Source: Octopus sinensis
Lineage: Eukaryota
Length of the DNA: 64,000 bases
Assembly: GCF_006345805.1 (NCBI RefSeq)
Contig: NC_043001.1
Location: 126,046,001-126,110,000, forward strand
Direction of reading: 5' to 3'
Shown here one piece after another: positions 1 to 13,902 of this stretch. Each line of letters opens with the position of its first letter. Within the stretch, counting starts at the first letter, position 1. Under the pieces are notes generated by a model. The model saw only the letters and a list, made by a program, of their open reading frames with translations. It was not told the origin of the DNA and ran no database searches. Both the position numbers and the translations under genes were made by a program.

Positions 1-999
1 ATGGATAGGTGTAAGCACGGCTGTTTGGTTTAGAAGTTCCTTTTGAACAATATGGTTTGTGGTTCAGTCCCACCTCATGGCACATCGTCATCATCATCAT
101 CATCATTTAACGTCTGTTTTCCCTGCTGGCATGGGTTGGACGATTTGACTGAGGTCTAGAGAGCCAGCGGCTGCACCAGGCCCCAGACTGATCTACAGCT
201 GGATGCCCTTCCTAATGCCATCCAAATCCAGCCTGTCACACCTTTCCTACAGTGTTATTCTAAACATTAACAATCATGTCATCGAAATCTTAAGGTTATG
301 AGATAATACATGATTAATTTAAAACAATGTGAATAAATAAAAATAAGATTTAACAAAGTAATCTGAATGGTAAAGAGTTTTAAAGCAGTGTTGTTCATTT
401 CTAATCTATGAAAACATGTCTGGACATGGGGAAATATGCTACTTGGAAACAGGTGAGGATTGATGACAGAAAGGGCATCTATCATCATCATCATCATTGT
501 CATTTAACGTCTGTTAGATGGTTTGACTGGAGCTGGTAAGCCAGAGAGCTGTACCAGGTGCCAGTCTGTTTTGTCTTGGTTTTACTAATACCAACTGCTC
601 TACAGAGTGTCCTGGGTGTCTTTTACGTGCCACTAGCATAGGTGTCTTTTATGTGCTACCAGCACTGCTCACAGCCATCATTTCATTTAGTTTAACACAG
701 CAAATCGCCAGACGTTTCTGTCACTTGTTATTGCCTCTGTGGGACTCAACAACTCAGGCTAAACACAGAGGGGACAAACAAGGACAGACAAAGGGCTTAA
801 GTCGGTTACATCGACCCCAGTGCGTAACTGGTACTTAATTTATCGACCCCAAAAGGATGAAAGGCAAAGTCGACCTTGGCAGAATTTGAACTCAGAATGT
901 AACGGCAGCCGAAATACCTATTTCTTTACTACCCACAAGGGACTAAACAGAGGGGACAAACAAGGACAGACAAAGGGCTTAAGTCGGTTACATCGACCT

Positions 1000-1143
1000 C
1001 ACCCCACGTCTTCCTGGGTCTACCTTTTCTACAGGTTCTGTCCACAATTAGAGATCACCACTTCCTTATGCAGCTGTCCTCACCCATATGCATCACATGA
1101 CCATACCAGTGCAGCCTTTTCTCTCTTGCACACTACATCTGAT
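1000..1143 (-). mobile_element. RTE-clade LINE RT C-terminal fragment
   Basis: Minus-strand translation approximates IRCSVQERRLHWYGHVMHM...GRPRKTW; homologous to 3330-3415. Confidence 0.7.
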
Positions 1144-1368
1144 GCATAGAAAATCTGTTTCACCAAATTCCACCGACCATCTAAGCATGGTAAAGTGGAC
1201 AGTAAAATAATGATATGTTCAAACTTTGCCCCACAGATCATCGAACTGGACACCAACCACATTAATATCACCAGTTTGAGGAAGTTGGTAAAGTTTTTGG
1301 GTTTTGTCCCTCCTCTAACTAGCTTATAAAAAAATAACTAAAAAATACATGGCAGCAGCTGCATTATT

Positions 1369-2521
1369 TATTTCTTTACTACCCACAGGGGGCTAAACAC
1401 AGAGGGGACAAACAAGAACAGACAAAGGGCTTAAGTCGGTTACATCGACCCCAGTGTGTAACTGGTACTTAATTTATCAACCCCAAAAGGACGAAAGGCA
1501 AAGTCAACCTTGGCGGAATTTGAACTCAGAACGTAACGACAGACGAAATACCTATTTCTTTACTACCCACAAGGGGCTAAACACAGAGGGGACAAACAAG
1601 AACAGACAAAGGGCTTAAGTCGGTTACATCGACCCCAGTGCATAACTGGTACTTAATTTAACAACCCCAAAAGGACAAAAGGCAAAGTCGACCTTGGCGG
1701 AATTTGAACTCAGAACATAATGACAGACGAAATACCTATTTCTTTACTACCCACAAGGGACTAAACACAGAGGGGACAAACAAGGACAGACAAAGGGCTT
1801 AAGTTGGTTACATCGACCCCAGTGCGTAACGTACTTAATTTATCGACCCCAAAAGGATGAAAGGCAAAGTTGACCTCGGCGGAATTTGAACTCAGAACGT
1901 AATGACAGACGAAATACCTATTTCTTTACTACCCACAAGGGACTAAACACAGAGGGGACAAACAAGAACAGACAAAGGGCTTAAGTCGGTTACATTGACC
2001 CCAGTTAGTAACTGGTACTTAATTTATTGACCCCAAAAGGATGAAAGGCAAAGTTGACCTTGGCAGAATTTGAACTCAGAACGTAACGGCAGCCGAAATA
2101 CCTATTTCTTTACTACTCACAAGGGGCTAAACACAGAGGGGACAAACAAGAGCAGACAAAGGGCCTAAGTCAGTTACATCGACCCCAGTGCGTAACTGGT
2201 ACTTAATTTATCGACCCCAAAAGGATGAAAGGCAAAGTCGACCTCGGCGGAATTTGAACTCAGAACGTAACGGCAGCCGAAATACCTATTTCTTTACTAC
2301 CCACAAGGGGCTAAACACAGAGGGGATAAACAAGAACAGACAAAGGGCTTAAGTCGGTTACATCGACCCCAGTGCGTAACTGGTACTTAATTTATCGACC
2401 CCAAAAGGACAAAAGGCAAAGTCGACCTCGGCGGAATTTGAACTCAGAATGTAACGACAGACGAAATACTGCTAAGCATTTCCCCCGACTTGCTAATGAT
2501 TCTGCCAGCTCACCGCCCTCA
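1369..2521 (-). repeat. Tandem array of about six 183-bp SINE-A body units, one head at the right end, flanked by an 18-bp TSD
   Basis: Units start near 1369, 1553, 1737, 1919, 2103, 2286. Flanks are ggcagcagctgc(a/t)ttatt at 1351 and 2522. Confidence 0.9.
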
Positions 2522-3029
2522 GGCAGCAGCTGCTTTATTATAACAAGGTGGGTTTCACTCTTGTTCAATAAGCCAAGAGACCATCCATACAGCTTGACTG
2601 AACAAAATTTCAGTACTCCAATGTAGATCTCATGTCACCTTTTGCAGAGGATTGGCAAAGGATTTAACCCTTTTGTTACCAACCCGGCTGAAACCGGCTC
2701 TGGTTCTGTAGTACAAATGTCTTGTTTTTAAAAGTTCTGAATTAAAATCTTCCACCAAACCTTAGTCACAATTTATGTTCCTAACACTAGCTTTAATTAT
2801 AACGAAGTTATTTTACTAAATACTTTGTTATACTTAAAAATAATTCAAAGAAACACAGAGCATCTCAAAATAAATATGATAATGAAAGAGTCAAGTTTTG
2901 GAGAGGTAAGTGGGAAGTTAAAAGAGAGAGGAAATTTTTGCAGTGTGAAGTTGAACTCTTTCTTTAGTTATAGTTTGGAGAGGGGTAGCTGAGCTAGACT
3001 GACATGCCTAAAGACAGTTTCAATAACAT

Positions 3030-3420
3030 CCATCATTTAGCATCCGTTTTCCATGCTGGCATGGGTTAAATAATTTGACTGGGACCGATAAGCCAAAGAA
3101 CTGTACCAGGCTCCAGTCTGTTTTGGCTTGTTTTCTATGGCTGGATGCTTTTCCTAATGCCAACCTCTCTAAGAGTGTAGTGGGTACCCTTTATGTGTCA
3201 CTGGCACTGGTCCCAACTATGATTTCACTTGGCTTAAAATGTCTTCTCAAGCGCAGCAATCACCAAGTCTCAATCACTTGTCATTTCATCCAGAAGATTC
3301 AACTTGCAGAGATCATATTTCACCACCTCATCCCATGTCTTTCTGGGCCTACTTCTTCTACAGGTTCCCTCTACAGTTAGAAATAGGCACTCTTTTATGC
3401 AGCTGTCCTCATCCATAATT
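3030..3420 (-). mobile_element. RTE-clade LINE 3' end (RT C-terminus, 3' UTR, (GAT)n tail)
   Basis: MDEDSCIKECLFLTVEGTCRRSRPRKTWDEVV followed by the shared 3' UTR ending ...aacccatgccagcatggaaaacggatgctaaatgatgat. Confidence 0.7.
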
Positions 3421-4239
3421 GATTATGGGACTCACAGATTTTCACTGTAAACCAGATATAATTCCTGATACTTAAGCTACAGTGTGCAATACCAAGTGGT
3501 TGAGCCCCTATGTGATCATTTGCGATGCTAAAAATAGCAGTTCAATTTTCATCAAATCTTGCAAAACAAGAAGGATAATGTAGACATTCATATATACAAA
3601 ACGACTGGATGATTATGGCAGGAATTCTTTTGACCATGTGCCTACATGATGTGGTCGACCTAGTCTAAACAACAGCAATAATGATCTCGGTAGATAAGAG
3701 TGAGAATTAAGTGTCTTGGTTATAGACAGAGCAATTTTGATTGGTTGTATAGCATGCTATCAACTCTGCTATTTACAACTCTCCAATATGTATATCCTGT
3801 TTCATATGTTGATTGTGTCATTCACTGAAAGAATGAAGTTATTGATTACAGAGAATAGTGGTAAATACATTAGGATTTATATCATTCTGGCTTTTCCAGG
3901 CTGCACTAGCTACAACAGGATGTAGACTATGGTTGTAGGTTCAGTATCTTGCACTCACTATTTTGTATCATAGCAGGAAATTGGCAAAGTCTGTAGGATG
4001 TCAGTTGAATGTTATTCAGTACGTTTTCAACTCCTTGTGTTTTGAGTTCAAATTTTGTTGAGATCAGTTTTGCTTTTTATTCTTTCTGAGTCAATAAAAT
4101 ACAAAAATCCAGGACTGTTGAGTGGTGAAACTGCTAGAATGTAGTACGAGATGGCTTGCAGTATTTAATACAGCTCTTTGTGTTCTGATGGCTGTACTTA
4201 TAATGACACTGGTGCCAAGCTGTATCACTGCTTACCTAT

Positions 4240-4468
4240 TTCTTTACTACCCACAAGGGGCTAAACACAGAGGGGACAAACAAGGACAGACAGATGGATT
4301 AAGTCGATTATATCGACCCCAGTGCGTAACTGGTGCTTAATTTATCGACCCCGAAAGGATGAAAGGCAAAGTTGACCTCGGCGGAATTTGAACTCAGAAT
4401 GTAACAGCAGACGAAATACCGCTAAGCATTTCGCCTGGCGTGCTAACGATTCTGCCAGCTCGCCGCCT
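4240..4468 (-). mobile_element. tRNA-derived SINE family A, full length with TSD
   Basis: Head aaggcggcgagctggcag...gttcaaattcc, conserved gcctttcatcctttcggggtcgataaattaag domain, TSD actgcttacct on both sides. Confidence 0.9.
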
Positions 4469-4844
4469 TACTGCTTACCTGTCCATTGGACCTTTCTTCA
4501 TGGTGTCACAAGAGAAGACATGTATGCATGAGCAATGACTGGACTTAGAAAAACACCTTGTTGAATTTGCATCTTTGAGAGGAACTCCCATTTTAAGATA
4601 TTCATTATTTGTCATAGCCAAAGGAGGCCCTAGATTTTGTACCATTGTGTTTTTGAAATAATACCATGCAACCTTTCAGAATGTTGGTAGCTTGCTAACC
4701 AACCACATGGTTCCAGGTTCAGTTTCACTGCGTGGCATCTTGAGCAAGTGTCTTCTGCTATAGCCCCAGGCCGACCAATGCCTTGTGAGTGGATTTGGTA
4801 GACGGAAACTGAAAGAAGCCTGTCGTATATATGTATATATATAT

Positions 4845-5182
4845 GTATGTTTAGGAAGCTGCTAGGGGGAAATATATAGCAGCTATTAATGGTCAAGCAG
4901 CTGAAGAAAAGCCTGTGTCTGTGTGTTCGTCTGTGACCAGTTTATAGAGAGATGGCTTGTCAACAATGGGAGTATACATCCCTGATAGTATTTCTAAATA
5001 AGTAGCAGTTCATACGGTAAAAGGGGAGTAATTTCCCCTTACAAATTTAATTCAAAATTTTTTACAAAATTTTTTTCCTTTTCTTAGGACACACAGACGA
5101 ACACACAGACACAGGCTTTTCTTCAGCTGCTTGACCATTAATAGCTGCTATATATTTCCCCCTAGCAGCTTCCTAAACATAC
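4845..5182. repeat. Perfect about 90-bp inverted duplication
   Basis: 4845-4935 is the reverse complement of 5092-5182. Confidence 0.9.
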
Positions 5183-5658
5183 TGCCACACATACATAGGC
5201 GTACACACACATACATGTAGGCAATTTCTCACACCCAAACATGATAGCCCTCATTCTTAAAACAATTTGAATATTAACACTAGTCATACAGAATATATTC
5301 ACACTCTTTGGTTTTCTGTAATTCTTCCCCTCCCCTATGTTAACCGGATTTTGACCTCGAATTATCTCAACAGACATTTTCGTTGACTTTCACCCAGCCC
5401 GATGTCAACGCATTTTGAGAGACAGTTTTGTGCCATTCATACCATGGGCTCCTAGAGAGCGTTTGTCGAAAAGCTTGCTGTGCATTTTGTTGGAGATTTA
5501 AGTTCCTGGATTTTTCTGAAGAGAAAGCTGCAAAATGGTCTCCTGATTCAATCCGAATTAGAGACTTTGCAGCCTTTGAAACATATGTAGAAAATAATAA
5601 AAAGGAATTTTATAAAATCGTCGTTCAGCTCCATTCTTCCCTCACTAAATATATATAT

Positions 5659-5689
<31 letters not shown>

Positions 5690-5693
5690 ATAT

Positions 5694-5771
<78 letters not shown>

Positions 5772-6330
5772 TAATATTATATATATATGTATGTGTGTGT
5801 GTGTCTGTGTTTGTCCCCCTAGCATTGCTTGACAACCGATGCTGGTTTGTTTACGTCCCCGTCACTTAGCGGTTCGGCAAAAGAGACTGATAGAATAAGT
5901 ACTGGGCTTACAAAGAATAAGTCCCGGGGTCGATTGCTTGACTAAAGGCGGTGCTCCAGCATGGCCGCAGTCAAATGACTGAAACAAGTAAAAGAGTAAA
6001 GAGTATGACTATAATTATTGAAGGATGGATATATTGGCATGAAACTGGCAAAATCATTGCAGTGTCAGACAAAAGTACTTTACAGTGTTTGTACTTATGT
6101 TCTGAGTACAGTGTTTGTATTTATGTTCTATGTTCTAAGGCAGTGTCTGCCAAACTTTTTTACCTTATGACTCACTGGGCAAGGAGAATTTATTTTGAGG
6201 TACACCAAATAAAAATTCCAACAAAATTGAATACACTCTATTAGTATGAATAGAAATGAATAAATTCTTATTATAGTAACAATAAAATAACATTGTTTTA
6301 GGAACATATAATATATATATATATATATAT

Positions 6331-6530
6331 AGTCAAAGTAAGCAACAAGAATATCTTCGGTAATTTGGTATGATCGTTTCACACTACATCATTATATTAA
6401 ACATTTTAAGTATTACATCAGTTTTAGAATGTTGAGCAAAACTGATGTAATACTTACAATGTTTAATAAAATGATGTACCATAAAACGATTGTACCAAAT
6501 TACCGAAGATATTCTTGTTGCTTACTTTGA
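6331..6530. repeat. Fold-back hairpin (about 95-bp arms)
   Basis: caaagtaagcaacaagaatatcttcggtaatttgg / ccaaattaccgaagatattcttgttgcttactttg. Confidence 0.88.
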
Positions 6531-6919
6531 TTATAATCACCTCATGGATTTATATGGATAACACCGTACAAAATTCTGGTGCATCTGTCTTAAGTACCAT
6601 ATTCATTTGAATCTAAATTTTGCTGAACTTATATATATATATATATATAGGTAATATAATACAATAATGTTTTTAGTGAGAGGAGTGCAATTGATTTTGA
6701 GAAAGAATTTTGTCAAAACATGGCTCTAAATTAGATAAACAAATATGTAACTCCTCATCTACCATCTGTAATCGTTTCTGTTTTTTTGACTTCATTACCA
6801 TATGCATAGTGATACCAATTTTGCAAAGATAGGATGATCTAAAGAGCAACAGAGATTTAATGACTGTAATAGCTTATCGAGGATATTAGCTCCAAAGTGA
6901 AATCCAAAATTCTGACCCC

Positions 6920-7151
6920 AGGGCGGCGAGCTGGCAGAAACGTTAGCACGCCGGGCGAAATGCATAACCGTATTTCGTCTGCCGTTACGTTCTGAGTTCA
7001 AATTCAGCCGAGGTCGACTTTGCCTTTCATCCTTTCGGGGTCGATAAATAAAGTACCATCTTCGCACTGGGGTCAATGTAATCGACTTAATCCCTTTGTC
7101 TGTCCTTGTTTGTCCCCTCTATGTTTAGCCCCTTGCGGGCAGTAAAGAAAT
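6920..7151 (+). mobile_element. SINE family A
   Basis: Same consensus as 4240-4468. Further copies near 33746-33976, 35858-36068, 50947-51177, 52258-52483, 57606-57838, 58019-58245 and 62800-63030. Confidence 0.9.
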
Positions 7152-7269
7152 AAATTCTAGCACAGAAAATGATGCTTTGTGCACAGGATCGTTTTTCAAG
7201 ACTATTAGATTTTCTTCTTCTGTTAATGTTAATGTCAGGTGTGTACTGTTGTATCTTGTGAAAGGATTG

Positions 7270-7760
7270 ATGACCCACTAGTACATTTCATAATCAAGTG
7301 ATGAAAAATACTTAGAAAATGATGCAGAGGTTTTCTACTGTTTTCTGCAATTCTGACAACATTTTAAATTTGTTTGGAAAAGCCTCTATGCCTGAGAAGC
7401 AATCAAGCTGTGAGTTTTTAACTTTCCTTATCCACAGTCCTAACTTGGTGAAAGACTTTAATTTGCCTGTAATTGTAATAATAATTTTGTTCGCTCCTTG
7501 CAGGCTCAAATTTAAAACGTTCAACTTCTCAAAAGCATTGTTGAGTAATGCCTCTTCCAGCCACCAATTATCATCATTAAGAAATTCAAATCCAGAATTT
7601 TCAGCTTCGATAAAACATATTATTTCAGTTTGCAAAGAGATAAATTGAGAGGGCACTTTTCCTCTTGAGAGCCATCGCACTTTTGTATGAAGCAGTTAAC
7701 ACTTAAAATCAATAGTGAAGTACCCAAAAGGCTAATACATAAATGCTTACAATTGCAATG
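7270..7760 (-). mobile_element. hAT (Buster/Charlie, ZBED5-like) transposase fragment
   Basis: RWLSRGKV and KLNVLNLSLQG motifs in ORF 7312-7680. Boundaries approximate. Confidence 0.8.
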
Positions 7761-8974
7761 CAATTAGTTCATTTATTGTATTAGATGGGCGAAGGTAAAA
7801 TGTTTTACCTCAAAATCATAATACAAAAGAAAATGGAGGAATAGATTCCTTTCAATCATCAACTTACAGATAATACCAATTCATATAATATTGATGTATA
7901 TTGTTTTATTCTGTTGGATTTGGATGTTCCTATTTAATTAGTTAATAAATTATATGAATTTGTATTATCTGTAAGTTGATGATTGAAAGGAATCTGTTCC
8001 TCCATTTTCTTATTTACATATATATATATATATATATATATCTGTAATATGTGACAATCATTCTGCAGCCATGACAGGACTCTGAGTTTCAGATGTCGGG
8101 GTGGAAATCCACGCCGCCATCTCCTCAGTCATCTGGCCATTAGAAACAATGCTATTCTTCAAGTGGCTGATTATACCATGAGCTTCTATACCTTTATTGT
8201 AAACCTGAGCAACATCAGCATGAGGATGTGTGCGACATGGCCAGACCTTTGCATTAGAAGTAATCCATCAGACAGGCTTCTGCACAGTTTCCAAGGACTC
8301 ATGATTGGTAAGTGGACTTGGTAGACACACATGTTGTCATAGTTTAGTCTCAGAAAAAATCCAAGTAGACCTATGAAATTTAAGGTATTTCAGACACAAT
8401 TATCATTTCTGTAATGGAGTATCTAGAATTACATTATATAGTGTACCCTTGTCCATCCTTTTTTTTTACGACAGTAGGACATAGTTGGAGGGAAATTTGG
8501 CTGCTATTTCTAGCGTCTCGTTACATTTGGATTTGAAACAGTTCCAATATCTCACTCCCTTTCCTCACTGCAGCCATTTAATAATAAATATATTCAATAT
8601 CCACTAATTCAGGGAATTTGAAATTCACACATATATTTATATATGTGTGAATATATGTGTGTGTACGTATATGTATATGTGTGTATGTATGTAAAGAGAG
8701 ACAGAAGAAATTGTTTATTAGAAGCGCATTATTATCCTACGGTTATTGTTATCGAAATTAGTGGGTGGATCCCAATCAAGCTTAGGGTTTGGTTATATCC
8801 TCCACTTCCCGGTGGTGCTTCAGCATGGCCGCAGGCGCATGGCTGAAAGAAATAAAAGAATAATGTTATCAGTCAGTTATTTTTACCTGAAGGACCGTCC
8901 CCAAAATGATCACAATAAGCGGCTTCCACTGTGTGTGTGCGTGTGTGTGTGTGCGTATAGCTAGCTAGCTAAAC

Positions 8975-8986
8975 AGACAGACAGAC

Positions 8987-9064
<78 letters not shown>

Positions 9065-9288
9065 GTTTCTTTATTGGCCACACAGGGCTGCACACAGATG
9101 GGACAAATTACAAAGTAGAGCTTTTCTTTTGGGGGATGAAAAAAAAAGTGGCGTGGGTTTTCGATCAAAAGGGATCGTAAAAGGGAAAAAAGAAAAAAGA
9201 AAAAAAAGGAAAAGAAACAAAAGAAAAGAAAAAAGAAGAAAAAGAGGAAAAAAAGGGAAGAGGAAAAAAACGATCAATACGGATCGTG

Positions 9289-9320
<32 letters not shown>
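8975..9320. repeat. (GATA)n tracts flanking a retroposed 3' fragment
   Basis: (atag)n at about 8986-9062 and 9288-9320. Confidence 0.9.
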
Positions 9321-9323
<3 letters not shown>

Positions 9324-10240
9324 ATAAAGATGAGCAAGTTGTTGACAATTATGAAAGTATGTTTATAAATTATCTCCCTTGTTAACAAGTGCTTTTTATT
9401 TTCCGATCTAATTAGTTTTAATTTGTTTTTGTTTCTCAGAAAAACCAACCACTTCATTGTCAGTATATATATGTTAGCACAGATCTGTCTTTATATCACA
9501 CTCTCTTACTTGTTCCTTACTTCTGGCTATCTACACATCAGTGAATCAATCACCGTAGGTATGTTTAATTCGTGCTAAACGATTTTTTTTTTTCACTATA
9601 TTTTATTTTCCGCTTATCATTTTAGTTTACTACGTTTTCTCTCGGATGTTTGTTGGCAGTTGTTTTAAAGTTTATTTTGCGCTTTGTTACTTTTTTTTCG
9701 TCCTTCCGAGAGCAATAAAATACATATTACAGTTGTTACCAGTGACATATTACTGTTGTTTCTTTTCTTTTTTTTTGCTAATCGGCTTTTTGCCTAACTT
9801 TATGACAATCTGTCGTGACTACAGTTCTAAATTCAAATCTCGCAGAAGTCAACTTTGTTTTCTATCACCCCGAGTGCGATAAAATAAAGTTCTAGTCATA
9901 TTAAGAAAGCGATCCAGTCGATTGTCCAACTCTTCACTTGGCGCCGAGTTTAAAAACCAACAGTAGTTTTATAACTCTTATCTATTAAGGACCTTTCTCC
10001 TCACAGCTCGCAATGTGTTTATATATTTTTCAGTTTTAATTCATGTTTGAACGATGCTAAGTATTTCGACAAAATGTGGATCCCGACTCATACAACACAT
10101 GGAAAAAAAATAACAGATAAAGGGGGTACAATAAAGTACTGGCATTCTTTCGATATATATATATACCTGATGAGTTCCTGGTGAGAAACAGTACTGCAGT
10201 GGACAACGTTTTGAGTTCAAGTCACGTTAGAATCAAATTT

Positions 10241-10913
10241 GGCATAACTACAGATTCTTGCCCTACCCCGAATTAGGATGATCATAACTTTCAGAAAATT
10301 GAATATTTTTTAATGAAATTTTCTACGAATATGTTATGTCGGCGATGTTTGCCTCAAAGGCCTTTGCCTCAAAACTTTTTGGGGAAAGTGTTTTAGAAGG
10401 GGGTGGGGTGGGGAATTTCGGAAAATTCACCGGCGTCCACTTCAATTCGTCTTAACTTTCAAGAAAATAGATATTTTTTAATGAAATTTTCTACAAATAT
10501 ACCTCGGACTATGTAGATTCCGAGAACATAGGAATTTTGGGGGAAAGCAATTGAGGGTTACTTTTCAGGACCGTTCCCCACTCGGGTGTGTTTCGGAACA
10601 AGTTTTCTATATTTGTTTCATTTTCTCAGTTTTCTCCGTTTTCTGGTCCTCACACACATACTCTTTACTCTTTTACTTGTTTCAGTCATTTGACTGCGGC
10701 CATGCTGGAGCACCGCCTTTAGTCGAGCAAATCGACCCCGGGACTTATTCTTTGTAAGCCCAGTACTTATTCTATCGGTCTCTTTTGCCGAACCGCTAAG
10801 TGGTGGGGACGTAAACACACCAGCATCGGTTGTCAAGCAATGCTAGAGGGACAAACACAGACACACAAACACACACACACACATACATGTATGTATATAT
10901 ATATATATATAAT

Positions 10914-10959
<46 letters not shown>

Positions 10960-11683
10960 CATATATATGACAGGCTTCTTTCAGTTTCCGTCTACCAAAT
11001 CCACTCACAAGGCATTGGTCGGCCCGGGGCTATAGCAGAAGACACTTGCCCAAGATGCCACGCAGTGGGACTGAACCCGGAACCATGTGGCTGGTTAGCA
11101 AGCTACTTACCACACAACCACTCCTATATTACATATATATGTAATTAAAAAAGTTCAAACGGGGAATTATTCTATTCAATGTCTTTCTGTTAGAAATGTT
11201 TAGATCTTTAGCTGGTATTTTTAGCATAACGAGTTATCCGGTGACGAGTTTTCTGGTGACAGCTTCATTGCATGCTGCTTCAGTAGAAATCTACGGTACC
11301 ACAAACGCACAAAACTGAGAAAATGAAACAAATATGGACGACTTGTTCCAAAACACACCCGAGTGGGGAACGGTCTTCAAAAGTAACCCTCAATTGCTTT
11401 CCCACAAAATTCCTATGTTCTTGGAATCTACATAGTCCGAGGTATATTTGTAGAAAATTTCATTAAAAATTATCTATTTTCTTGAAAGTTTAGACGAATT
11501 GAATTGGACGCCGGTGAATTCCCCACCCCACCCCTCCTAAAACACTTTTCCTCAAGGGTTTTGTATATTCGGAATCTACACGATATAACACATTTTCGTA
11601 GAAAATTTCATTAAAAAATATCTATGTTTCTGAAAGCTATGATCATCCAAGATCGGGGTGGGGCAAGAATCTGTAGTTATGCC
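10241..11683. mobile_element. Element with about 380-bp terminal inverted repeats (MITE/foldback), SINE-B inside
   Basis: ggcataactacagattcttgccc at 10241 is the reverse complement of gggcaagaatctgtagttatgcc ending at 11683. Arms about 10241-10630 and 11313-11683. Confidence 0.8.
10662..11128 (-). mobile_element. SINE family B, inserted inside a TIR element
   Basis: Family B consensus. Other full copies near 26366-26790, 29052-29471, 33011-33419, 34716-35114, 40449-40846, 49940-50322 and 52909-53298; partial copies at 4683-4845, 5790-6005 and 53320-53486. Confidence 0.9.
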
Positions 11684-13902
11684 TCGAATTTGTTACTTTT
11701 TCTCATTTAGGTCTGGTAGGGAATTTCAATAAGGTAAGGCATACGTATACAATTGTGCCTCGACCCTCGACTTTGTTTCCTCATAACCTCCAGAAAAAAA
11801 ATGGATTTGTTTTGACGCAACTTTTTTTTTACAAATGCTTCAGATGGTGCAGATTCTGATTATACAGGAATTTGTTGTAAAAAAATTTTTCCAAGGTCGA
11901 GAGCGGGACCAGATTCAAACCCTGGGGTGCTTAGGCACTTAAGTTTCGGTGGGCCCTTATACACGAGAATTAAAATCACGGAAAATTACCCAACTTAAAT
12001 CTCAAAATACATCTATTTCATGTAATTGAATTTGATGAAAGTTTAAATAAATGACTGAAAATGTCGCTTTATAGAAACACTTTTCAAAATTCAAATTTTG
12101 CTTTCCACACATCCACTTGTGGTTTTGACTTTTCCTTTCTTGTGAAAAGTATAATGAAGGAGGGAAGAAAGGTTAAGATTTTTTTCTTTTAATGAAAGTT
12201 ACAAATGTTTCAGAATGTGGATTCTGATAAAGTGAAAGAAAATTACGAAAAAGAAAAAAAACCCATTTTAGTGGTTGTTGCTGTTCCAGAGGCATGTGTG
12301 TGTGTGTGTGTATGTGTGTGTGTCTTAGGGGGGAGAGGTGGTGGTGGTATAGATGCTAACATTTAAAAGACATGCATTTAAAAAATTCTTCTTTTAAAAT
12401 GGCTTTTATTTATTGTTTTGCGATACATGTAAAAAAATTTTAAAAATGGGAAAAATCCCAACAAAATCAGGGAAATTCAAACAGCTACTCTGAAAATCTG
12501 CTTTTCCAGTTGGGCACAATGAGTAATATTTACTGCATTTTTGACTTTGAAGAAAATGTATTTTTTACAAATGCTCACTGCATTGCCAAAACTATATCAG
12601 CTAAGCAAAGTCCTTCTCTAAATGCAGTAAAAACTATAACATATTCAGAACACTATTTCAGAAAATTATTACTGTTCTCTTTGAGCATATAAAAGACAGG
12701 GTAAAATAAGTAAGACAAGATAAGGTAAATTTGCCTCTTCAATTCTCCAGAATTAAATTTGAAAAAAAACTCATACATATAAGCATCCGTCTTTAGACAT
12801 CAGAAAGATCAGAAATGCAACAAAAATTAAAGATATCTTAGTCAAATGAAAGGAGATCATGCAAAAATAGCACAAACGAAACTCGACTAAATCTAAAAAC
12901 TCAACACAATATTCTCTATAGCTTTTTCATGAACTCCTGGAGTGGCTCGCTTCCTGATATATTTATGCACCATGCAGTTAAAGAGAAGTAATTATTAAAA
13001 TTAATCATTACTCATTTTGTGCCAATTTAGACATTAGATATTAGTGTGGGAAAAATTGGATGTAGAATCCATCAGAGAAAAGAATATTGATGGTTAAACA
13101 CCAAAATATATCCAGATATTTTATTAGCTATCCCAGTTACAATTGGGTCAAAGTTGATGAAAAATTTCTTGAAAAAAGAAGTACTTGTCACGTCACCTAT
13201 GTTTCAAACTTTCTCAACTTTCACAATGACTACATGAACCATGTGGCTGGGAAGCAAATTTATACATGTGTGTGTGTGTGTGTGTGTGAGTATGTGTATT
13301 GAAAAGTTGCTATTTTGAATGAGATAGTATAACAGTTAACCAAAGCCTAGAGGTCTGTGTAAATTTATGAATATCCAAATTCCAAGTAGGTATTAAACTT
13401 GATTTTTTACCTCTTATTTTCTTTTGATATTTTATACATCTGAATAATTTACAGTGTATATGCGAGAGAAGAATAAAGCAGGAGATTTAGTTTGTCTTTT
13501 TATTATATCATCATAAATTATATAATCTTTACAGCTGTTTTACAAGTGAATACTTGTACATTTTGTGGTAATCATTATGGAGACATTTGCACAATCATAC
13601 TGAAATATTGAAATATCAGATCTTTATGTATATAAATGAGGTTGGCCAAAAGTCCCCTGACAGTAAATCAAAACTATTTAATTCCAAGATTTATCTATGC
13701 TTAACAATTGAATGAATTTAATAAAAGCATCTAAATATGAGTGGTTGGATACTGTCAACTTAACGTGACAGTCCTGTAAGGGAATTACACCACCGCTGTT
13801 TAGCCTTAGGAAGCATCAACGCTTCCTGTCGGCCTTGACACATTTCCTCTGTCCTTATATATTTACGAAGGGGAGACAAACACCCCAACAGCTAGGCCTG
13901 CA

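Noticed and set aside
1143-1330. Possible 51-nt plus-strand exon (1237-1287, IIELDTNHINITSLRKL) or a minus-strand frame with in-frame TGA (selenoprotein idea)
   Set aside because: No recognisable homology, no linked exons and no SECIS identified; insufficient support.
820-2626. Recurrent ORFs MRNWYLIYRP..., MSSNARGTNTD... and YDRLLSVSVYQIHSQG... across the window
   Set aside because: They are chance frames of SINE families A and B, repeated wherever the SINE occurs.
10166-10200. CTGATGA...GAAA hammerhead-like words here and at about 46871
   Set aside because: No convincing stem II, stem III or stem I pairing around the motifs.
12500-13260. Possible decayed hAT-like transposase
   Set aside because: Only vague motif resemblance with many stops; cannot be supported without a profile search.
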